Position numbers and translations under genes: made by a program
From: Minisyncoccia bacterium
GTDB taxonomy: Bacteria > Patescibacteriota > Minisyncoccia > Phycocordibacterales > UBA6065
Direction of reading: 5' to 3'
NCBI GenBank assembly: GCA_044233485.1
Contig: JBIIJY010000001.1
Span: forward strand, 16,701-80,700
DNA: 64,000 bases
The notes under the pieces: generated by a model
The model's database searches: none
Told to the model about the DNA's origin: nothing
Seen by the model: the letters and a program-made list of their open reading frames with translations, nothing else
In this document: in pieces, positions 8,125 through 16,736 of the stretch
Layout: the number at the start of each line of letters is the position of its first letter
Numbering within the stretch: the stretch's first letter is position 1

Positions 8125-8631
8125 ATGGAAGAACCCGAGTTGTTCAAGGTCGCAGTGCGACCTCCCAAGAAGAAGAAGCCACCCCAGGAATACAAGGTGG
8201 TGGCGTTGCGGGACTGTCCGCTGCCGGAGTATCTGCTCAAATGCGAGTCCCCGGAGCACGCGGCCGACTACTGGCGGCGGTGCATCAGCACCCTGCCGAG
8301 TTACGATCCCGACAAGGAATCGTTCGTCGTGCTGTTGCTGACCACCCGCAAGCACGTCAAGGGCCACCAGGTGGTGACCACCGGCATCCTCGACCAGGTG
8401 CTGGTCCATGCCCGCGAAGTGTTCCGGCCCGCGATTGTGGCCGCCGCCCATGCGGTGGTCCTCATGCACAACCACCCCGGGGGAGACCCCTCGCCCAGCG
8501 AGGCGGACCTTCGTGTCACGCGTGACCTGATCCGCGCCGGCCAGCTCCTCAAGATCGAGGTGCTGGACCATGTCATCGTCACCCCGTTCCGGCACTGTTC
8601 ACTGCGGACGTTGGGTTACTTTGCAGGCTGA
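8125..8631 (+). CDS. RadC-like JAB domain protein (short, mobile-element type)
   Basis: E.F..L.L, VH.REVF, HNHP.GDP.PS.AD...T, LDHVI. Confidence 0.95.
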   Translation: MEEPELFKVAVRPPKKKKPPQEYKVVALRDCPLPEYLLKCESPEHAADYWRRCISTLPSYDPDKESFVVLLLTTRKHVKGHQVVTTGILDQVLVHAREVFRPAIVAAAHAVVLMHNHPGGDPSPSEADLRVTRDLIRAGQLLKIEVLDHVIVTPFRHCSLRTLGYFAG

Positions 8632-8633
8632 CC

Positions 8634-8660
8634 AAGCCCGCTCCGATGGAGCGGGCTTTT
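8634..8660 (+). terminator. Intrinsic terminator after RadC gene
   Basis: AAGCCCGCTCC-GAT-GGAGCGGGCTTTT. Confidence 0.8.
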
Positions 8661-8831
8661 GTTGGCGATGAATTACGCTAAGAAGCTCCCGAGACTGCGA
8701 AACTGGTTCTAGGCGAACCTCGTGGCTTCGTTTCGGGCTACTGGCAAACCGCATGTCCTGTAAGGCGTGAAAGTTGAGAACCAGTCGCCCAGCCGACGCT
8801 GTTTCGGCTGGGCGGCACGCCTCGCGTTGCA

Positions 8832-9122
8832 TCATCCGCCTTTTCGGCGGACTTCTTTGACGACGACGGTCGCAATTTCCATAACAACGGCCCCGTGTTG
8901 TGCCAAAAATCGCACGGCAGGCCGAGCCCATATCGGCGCCAAGACGACCAGCGATCCCGTGACCACGTCGTGCCAACCGCGGTGCCAGCCGAACATCGCA
9001 AGCATGCCCAGGCCGGCGAAGCTGATCGGTATCCAATTGACGCTTTTCGAGATATGTGGTGCAGATTTCTTGCGCCCTTGCCGGCGGCGACGATTTGCGT
9101 TATCGTTATCTTGTTTACGCAT
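8832..9122 (-). CDS. Possible small membrane protein
   Basis: ATG 9122; basic N-terminus followed by hydrophobic segments. Confidence 0.4.
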   Translation of the reverse strand: MRKQDNDNANRRRRQGRKKSAPHISKSVNWIPISFAGLGMLAMFGWHRGWHDVVTGSLVVLAPIWARPAVRFLAQHGAVVMEIATVVVKEVRRKGG

Positions 9123-9300
9123 AACAGTGTTAGTGTGATTGTTTAATTGTGTAAACACCCGGGTTTTTCCGGGTAGGCCGCCTGCTGTAACAGGCGGCCT
9201 TTTTTGTTTGGACCGCACTTGCAGCCCACAGCCGACACTAGCAAGCGACTGCGCGAAGATGTTTGGGGTTTGGGTGGCGCATGGTGATTGGAAATGGTCG

Positions 9301-9624
9301 TTAAGCGGCCTGGCCAGCAATGGTCGCCAGAACCTGACGACGCTGGGTTTGCTGGTGGCCGGTCTGGGCAGCGAGTGCCTTGGCACGGGCCGCCACATCT
9401 CGGGCTACTTCGCCATAGAGACCGCTGAAGAGTTCGCTCGCCGAGCGCTGGTAGATGGCCTCGTAGGCGAGGGCCGCCCTAAGTCCGGGTTCACGGGCGA
9501 AGCGTTCATGCCGCGAGACCTTGGCCCCGCTCTGGGTGCCCAGCAGAAAGGCCACGTCCTCCTGGGAGAGTCCCAGGCGTTTGCGGTTCGAAAGCAGGTA
9601 GTTGGGTAGCAGGGTTGAAGACAT
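9301..9624 (-). CDS. XRE-family helix-turn-helix regulator
   Basis: NYL...RKRLGLSQEDVAFLLG.....VSRHE...REP. Confidence 0.9.
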   Translation of the reverse strand: MSSTLLPNYLLSNRKRLGLSQEDVAFLLGTQSGAKVSRHERFAREPGLRAALAYEAIYQRSASELFSGLYGEVARDVAARAKALAAQTGHQQTQRRQVLATIAGQAA

Positions 9625-9872
9625 GGGGGTGGAACTCGCGGGGAGTCCGAGCCTTCACCCTACCGGATCGGTGAAACTATCGTAGGCGGGAACCTTTGCC
9701 GCTGACGGCAAGTGCGAAGGCCAACACCGGACAAATCAGTCCGGTGGAAGGATTAGGATTATACCATGTTATTACCCGTCCGTCAAAGATGCCCCCGAAA
9801 GGCGAAGGTGTCGTCACCGGCAGACATCCCCGTCTTCGGCCGCCAAGATTGAGGCGGTAGAGTGGGTCGCAC

Positions 9873-10106
9873 ATGAAGCCAAACCCCACTCCCACCCTGC
9901 GTGAGCTGTATCCCCACTTCACCGAGCACGAGCTGGCCGAGGCAGAGGATAACGTCGAACGCTATCTGGCGCTCATGCTGCGGATATTTGATCGCCTGGA
10001 GGCCGAGGCTGCCCCGTCGCCCGATCCATTGTCCCCTGACCCGGATGTGATACAATGCTCATTGCCGGATTCAGCCCCGCTTCCCCGGCCTCTCCCACAC
10101 CCATGA
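9873..10106 (+). CDS. Small protein translationally coupled to recombinase (candidate directionality factor)
   Basis: 77 aa ORF; stop overlaps recombinase ATG (ATGA 10103-10106). Confidence 0.7.
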   Translation: MKPNPTPTLRELYPHFTEHELAEAEDNVERYLALMLRIFDRLEAEAAPSPDPLSPDPDVIQCSLPDSAPLPRPLPHP

Positions 10107-11602
10107 ACGGATACATCGGCTACATCCGTGTCTCCACGGTGAAACAAGGAACCCAAGGAGTCTCGCTGCAGGAACAGCGCGAGGCGATTTTGCGTTACGC
10201 CGAACGCAATCGACTGCCGATTGGCATCTGGCTGGAGGAGATGGAAACCGCGGCCAAGCAGGGTCGTCCCGTGTTCAACCGCGCACTCAAACTGCTTCGT
10301 AGCCGAGGCGCCCGGGGAATCATCCTGCATAAGCTGGACCGGGGAGCGCGCAACCTCCGGGATTGGGCGGCTATCGGCGAGCTTTCTGATCAAGGCGTTG
10401 AGATTCACTTCGTTTCCGAAGGGCTGGATCTCCAGTCCAGGGGTGGCCGACTTTCGGCCGACATTCAGGCGGTCGTGGCCGCCGATTACATCCGCAATTT
10501 GCGTGAGGAGACCCGCAAGGGATTTTACGGACGTCTGAAGCAGGGCCTCTACCCGCTGCAGGCTCCGCTCGGCTATGTCGATCAGGGCCGGGGAAAGGCC
10601 AAGACGATTGACCCCGTGATGGGACCGATCGTCCGGCAGGCGTTCGAGCTTTATGCCAGCACCCACTTCAATCTGGAATCCTTGGGCACGGAATTGCATA
10701 GGCGGGGACTCCGCAACCGCCGCGGGGGACGGGTGACCCGCAATGGACTCTCCACGCTGCTCAACAATCCCTTCTATTTCGGCCTCATCCACCTTCAAAA
10801 GACGGGTGAGACCTTCGCGGGCGTGCATGAACCGCTCATTGGCAAGGTCCTCTTTGACCGCGTGCAGGGAGTTCTCACCGGCAAAACCAACACCCGCAGT
10901 CAGCGGCATCGGTTCCAGTATCGCCGGCTGTTTGCCTGTCAGTCCTGCCGTCATTCACTCGTGGGCGAGCGCCAGAAGGGGCACGTCTATTACCGTTGCC
11001 ACGGCAAATCCTGCCCGCCGTCTTCCGTCCGCGAGGAGGCCATCGGGATGCAGGTGGAAAACCTGCTCCGGAAAATCCGTTTCAATGAACAGGAACAGGC
11101 CTACTTCAAAGCCCGACTCCGCCTGATGAAAACGACGTGGGCCAATCGGCAGGAACAGGAGGCCAGACTTTTGAACATCAAGCTGGGCCAGCTCAGGGAT
11201 CGCCTCAACCGATTAACCGACGCCTACCTGGACCAGGCCCTCGATAAAACCATGTTTGAAGCCCGGAAACAGAGCCTGTTGCTGGAGCAGAGGGAGACCG
11301 AGGCGCAGCTAGCCAACCTGATCCGTCACCACGGCACTTCGCCGGATCGGCTTGAGAAATTCCTCGAACTGGCCGGCGACGCCTGGTTGAGCCACCAGAA
11401 GGCATCGCCCGAGGAACAGCGTGAACTGGTCAGCATCTTCACCTCGAACCGGCAGGTGCAGGGAAAAAAGGTCGAATTGGAGCCGTCGCTTCCGTTTAGG
11501 GAAATAGCGGAACGGTCGACTTCGGATGGTTGTGACCCTATCGGGATTCGAACCCGAGTTACAGGCTTGAAAAGCCCGTGTCCTGACCAGACTAGACGAT
11601 AG
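10103..11602 (+). CDS. Large serine recombinase (resolvase, recombinase and zinc-ribbon domains)
   Basis: YIRVST..Q, KLDRGARN, APLGY, G.HEPLI, CQSC...YYRC..C; last 23 codons read antisense through tRNA-Glu. Confidence 0.95.
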   Translation: MNGYIGYIRVSTVKQGTQGVSLQEQREAILRYAERNRLPIGIWLEEMETAAKQGRPVFNRALKLLRSRGARGIILHKLDRGARNLRDWAAIGELSDQGVEIHFVSEGLDLQSRGGRLSADIQAVVAADYIRNLREETRKGFYGRLKQGLYPLQAPLGYVDQGRGKAKTIDPVMGPIVRQAFELYASTHFNLESLGTELHRRGLRNRRGGRVTRNGLSTLLNNPFYFGLIHLQKTGETFAGVHEPLIGKVLFDRVQGVLTGKTNTRSQRHRFQYRRLFACQSCRHSLVGERQKGHVYYRCHGKSCPPSSVREEAIGMQVENLLRKIRFNEQEQAYFKARLRLMKTTWANRQEQEARLLNIKLGQLRDRLNRLTDAYLDQALDKTMFEARKQSLLLEQRETEAQLANLIRHHGTSPDRLEKFLELAGDAWLSHQKASPEEQRELVSIFTSNRQVQGKKVELEPSLPFREIAERSTSDGCDPIGIRTRVTGLKSPCPDQTRR

Positions 11603-11606
11603 GGCC
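11533..11606 (-). tRNA. tRNA-Glu (TTC)
   Basis: Cloverleaf: acceptor GGCCCTA/TAGGGTC, anticodon loop TTTTCAA, T-arm GGTTCGAATCC. Confidence 0.96.
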
Positions 11607-11700
11607 AAGGAGTACCTTCAGCAATGACTGACTCGTACTGTCGATAATTTATAACATACTTTTGAAATGATTTCAAAAGTGCTACACTCACTTCTGCACT

Positions 11701-11787
11701 GGAAGCGTGGCTGAGTGGTTGAAAGCACCGCTCTCGAAAAGCGGCATAGGGGTAACCTTATCGGGAGTTCAAATCTCCCCGCTTCCG
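11701..11787 (+). tRNA. tRNA-Ser (CGA)
   Basis: Acceptor GGAAGCG/CGCTTCC, loop CTCGAAA, long variable arm, GTTCAAATC. Confidence 0.96.
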
Positions 11788-12050
11788 CAGGATAGGAAGT
11801 GTTGGGGACACTTCCGTGGAGATTTGAAAGGACTTTCCTGAAAGACGAGAAGTTTGTGGCTTCGAGTATTTCGGAAAGTCACCTGCCGATGTAATCGGAA
11901 AATCTCCCCGCTTCCGCAGGATAGGAAGTGTTGGGAACACTTCCGTGGAGATTTGAAAGGACTTTCCTGAAAGACGAGAAGTTTACTGCTTCGAGTATTT
12001 CGGAAAGTCACCTGCCGATGTAGTCGGAAAATCTCCCCGCTTCCGCAGGA
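11771..12050 (+). repeat. 129 bp tandem repeat (2 full units plus 22 bp) containing tRNA-Ser 3' end
   Basis: Units start 11771, 11900, 12029 with AAATCTCCCCGCTTCCGCAGGA; few mismatches between units. Confidence 0.95.
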
Positions 12051-12056
12051 GATTAT

Positions 12057-15000
12057 TTACTCTAAAAATAGCCCCCAACTCTCGAGCAAGGCCTGTGTTT
12101 GGAATTGCAAGAATTCAAGGAGTGCCCGCTCAGTATTTTGACCGAACGTAGAAGTTTCTCTTCCTGGAGAGCCCGGACCAGTCTCGACGATCTCGAACCC
12201 GCTACGGTTAAGGAAGATTTGAAGATCTCGTACTCCGCTTGTGGCTGTGTTCAAGTTACCTACAGCCTCTTCACTTGCTGGGGTACTCACAGGCAATTGA
12301 ACACTCTGTACTACCGGAGCTTGAGGTGAAGCAGGAACCACAGGTATAGGCAGGGTCGTGGCGATCCGTGCCAGTCGACGTCCTGCATTTCCAGTACTTG
12401 AAGCCGGTTGAGGCGCTTGAGTGGCCACTTCTTCTACAGGCTGCGGACGCAACTGGATAGTCAGAACACGTAGTTCAACCCCACGCACACCGTCATCGGC
12501 TGGAAAAAATAATTTGTTTCCGAGAAGTTTTGCCTCGGACATCTCAGGACTTGAATCCGAACTCCCCGGATAGATATCGTCAACTAGGACAGTACCTTCA
12601 GTAGTACCGTCGCTTTTCCAGAGCTCGATACCATTCACGCCATCGGTCGCATTGAAATAGATTGTACCATCGATATCGACCAGACCACTCGGTTCACTAC
12701 TTCCTGTTTGATGTATATCCTTCACCATCACCGTTCCTTCTTCGGTGCCGTCGGATTTCCAGAGTTCGAATCCATTCACACCATCGATTGCCCTAAAATA
12801 CAAGTTATTATTGTAATTTAAAAAATATTGCGGCGAGGATGCATCTGAGTTTGCTGGAGCGATATTTTTCACCATGACCGTTCCCTCAGTGGTGCCGTCG
12901 GATTTCCAGAGTTCTAGATCATTCGCGAAACCATCAAACCCTGAAAAAAATAACGTGCCGTTGACAGTCAGCGCAAAATGCTCGAAACCAACATTCCCTG
13001 GCGGGTAGGTATCCTTCACAAGCACGGTGCCCAGAGTAGTACCGTCAGTCTTCCAGAGTTGAGTGAGCGAATTAAAGAAGTAGATGACATTCTCACCGAC
13101 TGTAAAGTTACTTAATTCTGCTGAATCAATATCTGTGACCACTATCGTCCCGTCCGTAGTGCCATCAGTTTTCCAGAGTTGTCTCCCATGCGTACCGTCA
13201 TTTGCAGTGAAATAAAGTGCATTTTTCCAAATGAAAAAACTAGTGGGGTCTGAGTAACCACCGTCTGGATTTATATCTTTTACCAGTACCGTTCCACCTT
13301 CAGTGCCATCAGTTTTCCAGAGTTCAGTTCCATATACATTGTCAGGGTCCGTAGCGCCAAAATAAACCACTCCATTGTAGGAGGCAATCTCTGTTGGAGT
13401 AGGGGCATCGATAATTTTTTGCGTTCCTTCACTTGTCCCATCGCTTTTCCAGAGTTCTCCATTACCATCAACATCAAAAGCAAAGAAATATAGTTGATTT
13501 CCGTTAACTGTGAGTACAGAGGGATCTGAACCAGAAAGCCCCGGGACAATATCTTTAACCATCACCGTCCCCTCGGTGGTGCCGTCACTTTTCCAGAGCT
13601 CGATACCATGAACCCCGTCATCGGCAATAAAATAGAAATTTTCTTTAAAGAGAATACTGCCCCCTGGATATGAACTGACAGTATTTGTATTCAAGTCTTC
13701 AATTAGCACCGTCCCCCCTTGCGTACCGTCACTTTTCCAGAGTTCATAGCCACGAACCCCATCATCGGCAGTAAAATACAACGCACCACCGCTCACAAGA
13801 AAACCTTGAGGGTTTGAATATCCAGGCTCAGCCCTATCTTCAGTATTTATATCTTTCACCATTACTGTTCCCACATCTGTCCCATCACTTTTCCAAAGTT
13901 CAAACCCATTAACACCATCGTCTGCTGAAAAATATAATGTACCAGCCGCACCAACCATGCGTCCGCCTGAAAGCCCATCGGTTTCGTCTCCACTGATATC
14001 CTTCACCATCACTGTTCCTTCTTCGGTACCATCACTTTTCCAGAGTTCAAACCCATTCACTCCGTCATTCCCTCCAAAGTAAAGCGTGCCGCCAATATCA
14101 ACTAGTGCAGATGGTAAATTCGTCTCTCCTTCAGTCGTATCAACATCCTTCACCATTACCGTTCCTTCTTCGGTACCATCACTTTTCCAGAGTTCATAAT
14201 CCTCATCAGTTGAAGCCGCCACAAAAAACAGGGTGCCACCTGAAACTACCAAACTATTGACCCCAGAACTACTATTTCCGGGATTTATATCTTTCACAAC
14301 CACCGTACCTAGTGTAGTACCGTCGGTCTTCATGAGCTCATACCCAGCGGCATTAGTACTCGCGCCGAAATATAAAACACCGTCGAATTCTGCAGCTGCG
14401 AAACCTTCAGATATCCCATCTCCACCTGTATAAAGGTCTTTTACGAGCACGGTGCCCAGAGTAGTACCGTCGGTCTTGTACAGCTCGTATCCAGTCCCGT
14501 CATTATAGCCTCTAAAATACAAATTTCCGCCAGCGTTAATGAATTGAGTAGTTACCGAGCCTGCTGGTCCCGGGCGAATATCCTTCACCATCACCGTTCC
14601 TTCTTCCGTGCCGTCACTTTTCCAGAGTTCAGATCCCGTAACGTCATTGTCCGATGCCGCGGAAAAGAATATCTCTCCATTTAGAATACCTACCTCACGA
14701 CCATCAAGCTGGAGAACCCCTTCTCCGGCTCCAGGATTGATATCCTTCACTATCACCGTCCCCTCCTCGGTACCGTCACTTTTCCAGAGTTCAGTACCGA
14801 GATTTGTCAAAGCAGAAAAAAAGAACACGTCCCCGACGACGTACAAATCACCGATCTGCGCATTCGCAACTCCAGCAGCAAACTGTTTTACAAGCATCGT
14901 ACCCTCAGAAGTTCCATCACTCTTCCAAATTTGATTATTATTCCGGACAAAATAAGTTGATCCGAGAAACTCGATTAATTCAGAAGAGATGCCGGCTGAG

Positions 15001-15146
15001 TCCGTATCGGTATTTATATCTTTCAAGAGCACTGAAGAGGCGCGCGCAGACTGCGCGGTTACCAGACTCGCAAAGATAACTAGCAAGAGTGCTGTCTTGA
15101 CGACGAAATTCACTTTTCTAGTATAGCAGAAAGTACCACTCGTCAA
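12057..15146 (-). CDS. Secreted ELWxxDGT-repeat beta-propeller surface protein with C-terminal peptidoglycan-binding-like tail
   Basis: Many ELWKSDGT repeats, signal peptide, LQ.FLN..G...GPGSPG.ET..FG..T..AL; true start may be slightly downstream. Confidence 0.92.
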   Translation of the reverse strand: MTSGTFCYTRKVNFVVKTALLLVIFASLVTAQSARASSVLLKDINTDTDSAGISSELIEFLGSTYFVRNNNQIWKSDGTSEGTMLVKQFAAGVANAQIGDLYVVGDVFFFSALTNLGTELWKSDGTEEGTVIVKDINPGAGEGVLQLDGREVGILNGEIFFSAASDNDVTGSELWKSDGTEEGTVMVKDIRPGPAGSVTTQFINAGGNLYFRGYNDGTGYELYKTDGTTLGTVLVKDLYTGGDGISEGFAAAEFDGVLYFGASTNAAGYELMKTDGTTLGTVVVKDINPGNSSSGVNSLVVSGGTLFFVAASTDEDYELWKSDGTEEGTVMVKDVDTTEGETNLPSALVDIGGTLYFGGNDGVNGFELWKSDGTEEGTVMVKDISGDETDGLSGGRMVGAAGTLYFSADDGVNGFELWKSDGTDVGTVMVKDINTEDRAEPGYSNPQGFLVSGGALYFTADDGVRGYELWKSDGTQGGTVLIEDLNTNTVSSYPGGSILFKENFYFIADDGVHGIELWKSDGTTEGTVMVKDIVPGLSGSDPSVLTVNGNQLYFFAFDVDGNGELWKSDGTSEGTQKIIDAPTPTEIASYNGVVYFGATDPDNVYGTELWKTDGTEGGTVLVKDINPDGGYSDPTSFFIWKNALYFTANDGTHGRQLWKTDGTTDGTIVVTDIDSAELSNFTVGENVIYFFNSLTQLWKTDGTTLGTVLVKDTYPPGNVGFEHFALTVNGTLFFSGFDGFANDLELWKSDGTTEGTVMVKNIAPANSDASSPQYFLNYNNNLYFRAIDGVNGFELWKSDGTEEGTVMVKDIHQTGSSEPSGLVDIDGTIYFNATDGVNGIELWKSDGTTEGTVLVDDIYPGSSDSSPEMSEAKLLGNKLFFPADDGVRGVELRVLTIQLRPQPVEEVATQAPQPASSTGNAGRRLARIATTLPIPVVPASPQAPVVQSVQLPVSTPASEEAVGNLNTATSGVRDLQIFLNRSGFEIVETGPGSPGRETSTFGQNTERALLEFLQFQTQALLESWGLFLE

Positions 15147-15171
15147 TGTTTTTGATATATACTATTTGTAT

Positions 15172-16074
15172 ATGAAACCTTCGTATTTCTACTCTCTCGT
15201 CGGCGTGTTTCTCACACTCATCTGTATTGTCTTTGCCTTTTTTACCGTTAATTCATATTCCTCTCAATCTGAGCTCGCTTTTCAAGTGAATAGCCTCAAC
15301 ACCAGACTCGCCTCCACAACCGCGCTTGCCAGTGACCTCAATTCTCTTTCGGAAAAACTCACCGCCGAACAGGTACGCGTCTCGAAACTTGAGGACTCAC
15401 TGAAGGAATCACAAAAAAAACTTACCAGCATCGAGAAAAACTTCGGCAAAGTAACCGACTCACTGAGTGAGCTCGAGAAGATAGCGAAAGCCGACCCCAA
15501 GCTCCTCCAGAAGTATTCGAAAGTATATTTCCTCAACGAGCACTATGAGCCCGCTCGACTCTCGGAGATAGATTCTGTCTATACAGTAAATACCAATCGC
15601 TCTGAGACAATTCACGCCAGTGTCTGGCCGTACCTGCGGACGATGCTCCAAAACGCCGAAGATGCCCGCGTACCACTTCGTATCGCTTCTGCGTATCGCT
15701 CATTTAATACTCAGGCATCTTTAAAGACAAACTACTCCGTCACGTATGGCGCTGGTACCGCCAATCAGTTTTCGGCTGACCAGGGCTATTCTGAGCATCA
15801 GCTCGGCACCACCGTAGACTTTTCAACTCCCGAGCTTGGAACAAATTTCACAAATTTTGAAAGGACTTCAGCCTTTGCTTGGCTCAAAGAAAATGCCTAC
15901 AAGTACGGCTTCATATTGTCATACCCTCCGAATAATCAATACTATGTCTACGAGCCATGGCACTGGCGATTCGTCGGCAAGGATCTCGCCGAACATCTCC
16001 ATACGACCAATATGCAATTTTATGAACTCGAGCAGCGAAAAATCGATGAATTCCTCCCACGTATGTTTGACTAG
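15172..16074 (+). CDS. M15B (VanY-like) D-Ala-D-Ala carboxypeptidase with TM and coiled coil
   Basis: SAYRS...Q, SEHQLG..VD, YEPWHWRFVG. Confidence 0.92.
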   Translation: MKPSYFYSLVGVFLTLICIVFAFFTVNSYSSQSELAFQVNSLNTRLASTTALASDLNSLSEKLTAEQVRVSKLEDSLKESQKKLTSIEKNFGKVTDSLSELEKIAKADPKLLQKYSKVYFLNEHYEPARLSEIDSVYTVNTNRSETIHASVWPYLRTMLQNAEDARVPLRIASAYRSFNTQASLKTNYSVTYGAGTANQFSADQGYSEHQLGTTVDFSTPELGTNFTNFERTSAFAWLKENAYKYGFILSYPPNNQYYVYEPWHWRFVGKDLAEHLHTTNMQFYELEQRKIDEFLPRMFD

Positions 16075-16168
16075 TCGACCGATCTCTCTGTTTGACTTAT
16101 TATAAAAGATAAGTTATAATAGTCTTTGGAGTTCAGGAGCAAAACCCACCTGAACGCAGGACTTCACA

Positions 16169-16681
16169 ATGAGCTCATCATCAAATACTCCTAAGACCTC
16201 TCACTTTTTCACGTATTTTTTCACGTATTTAATTGTTTCGCTTCTTATAGCGGCGGTAATGTTTGGTTTGTTCGGATTTTCTTTATCCTTCTTGGCCGAC
16301 TACATCAAGAAATCAGCTGAAAACCCACCTCATGTGGAGCTCGAACCGACCATCGTAACCAATCTTGTTCCAAAAACCGGCTTCGGAAGTGAGCTTCACG
16401 GAAATATCAGCTACGTGACCCGTAAAGGATTCAACGGGGGAATCGCCCCACTTTTTGATCCGGGTTCATCCGACCTGGGCGAGCAGTGGGATCTGATCAA
16501 AAAAGTAGTTGCCAATGTCCCCGACCCCACTATGCTTCCCCCGATAACGATCCAGGTAGTCTCTCGGGAGTTTGTCCTAGTGGGTACCAATATGGTGCCC
16601 TACCACGGACAAGCAGGCTTCAGGACAACACTTCCAGCGGGAATCATTGTCACCTACCCTCCAGGCAGTCAGTTTCGTTAG
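16169..16681 (+). CDS. Hypothetical membrane-anchored protein (paralogue of 18583-18963)
   Basis: TTGACT...TATAAT promoter, AGGA SD, downstream hairpin 16699-16723. Confidence 0.75.
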   Translation: MSSSSNTPKTSHFFTYFFTYLIVSLLIAAVMFGLFGFSLSFLADYIKKSAENPPHVELEPTIVTNLVPKTGFGSELHGNISYVTRKGFNGGIAPLFDPGSSDLGEQWDLIKKVVANVPDPTMLPPITIQVVSREFVLVGTNMVPYHGQAGFRTTLPAGIIVTYPPGSQFR

Positions 16682-16736
16682 TCTGCACACGTTCCATCGC
16701 GGGGCGGCCAAAGGTCGCCCCGCTTTTTTTATTTTC

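Larger units (their letters stand above)
7188..11538. mobile_element. GC-rich integrative element inserted at tRNA-Glu 3' end
   Basis: Direct repeat TTGTGACCC at 7188-7196 and 11530-11538; abrupt GC shift at both ends; encodes large serine recombinase, RadC, XRE-HTH. Confidence 0.9.

Noticed and set aside
9962-10954. 330 aa minus-strand ORF and other long overlapping ORFs in the GC-rich element
   Set aside because: Antisense shadows of the recombinase and RadC genes, expected in GC-rich coding DNA; no motifs.
7188-11538. Prophage
   Set aside because: Only about 4.35 kb, with no structural, packaging or replication genes.
11771-12050. CRISPR array
   Set aside because: The intervening sequences are near-identical rather than unique spacers, the repeat is the tRNA 3' end, and there are no cas genes.
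12500-14930. Non-coding DNA repeat array or DGR template/variable repeats
   Set aside because: The repeats are the coding ELWxxDGT units with synonymous variation. No adenine-specific pattern was seen and there is no reverse transcriptase in the window.
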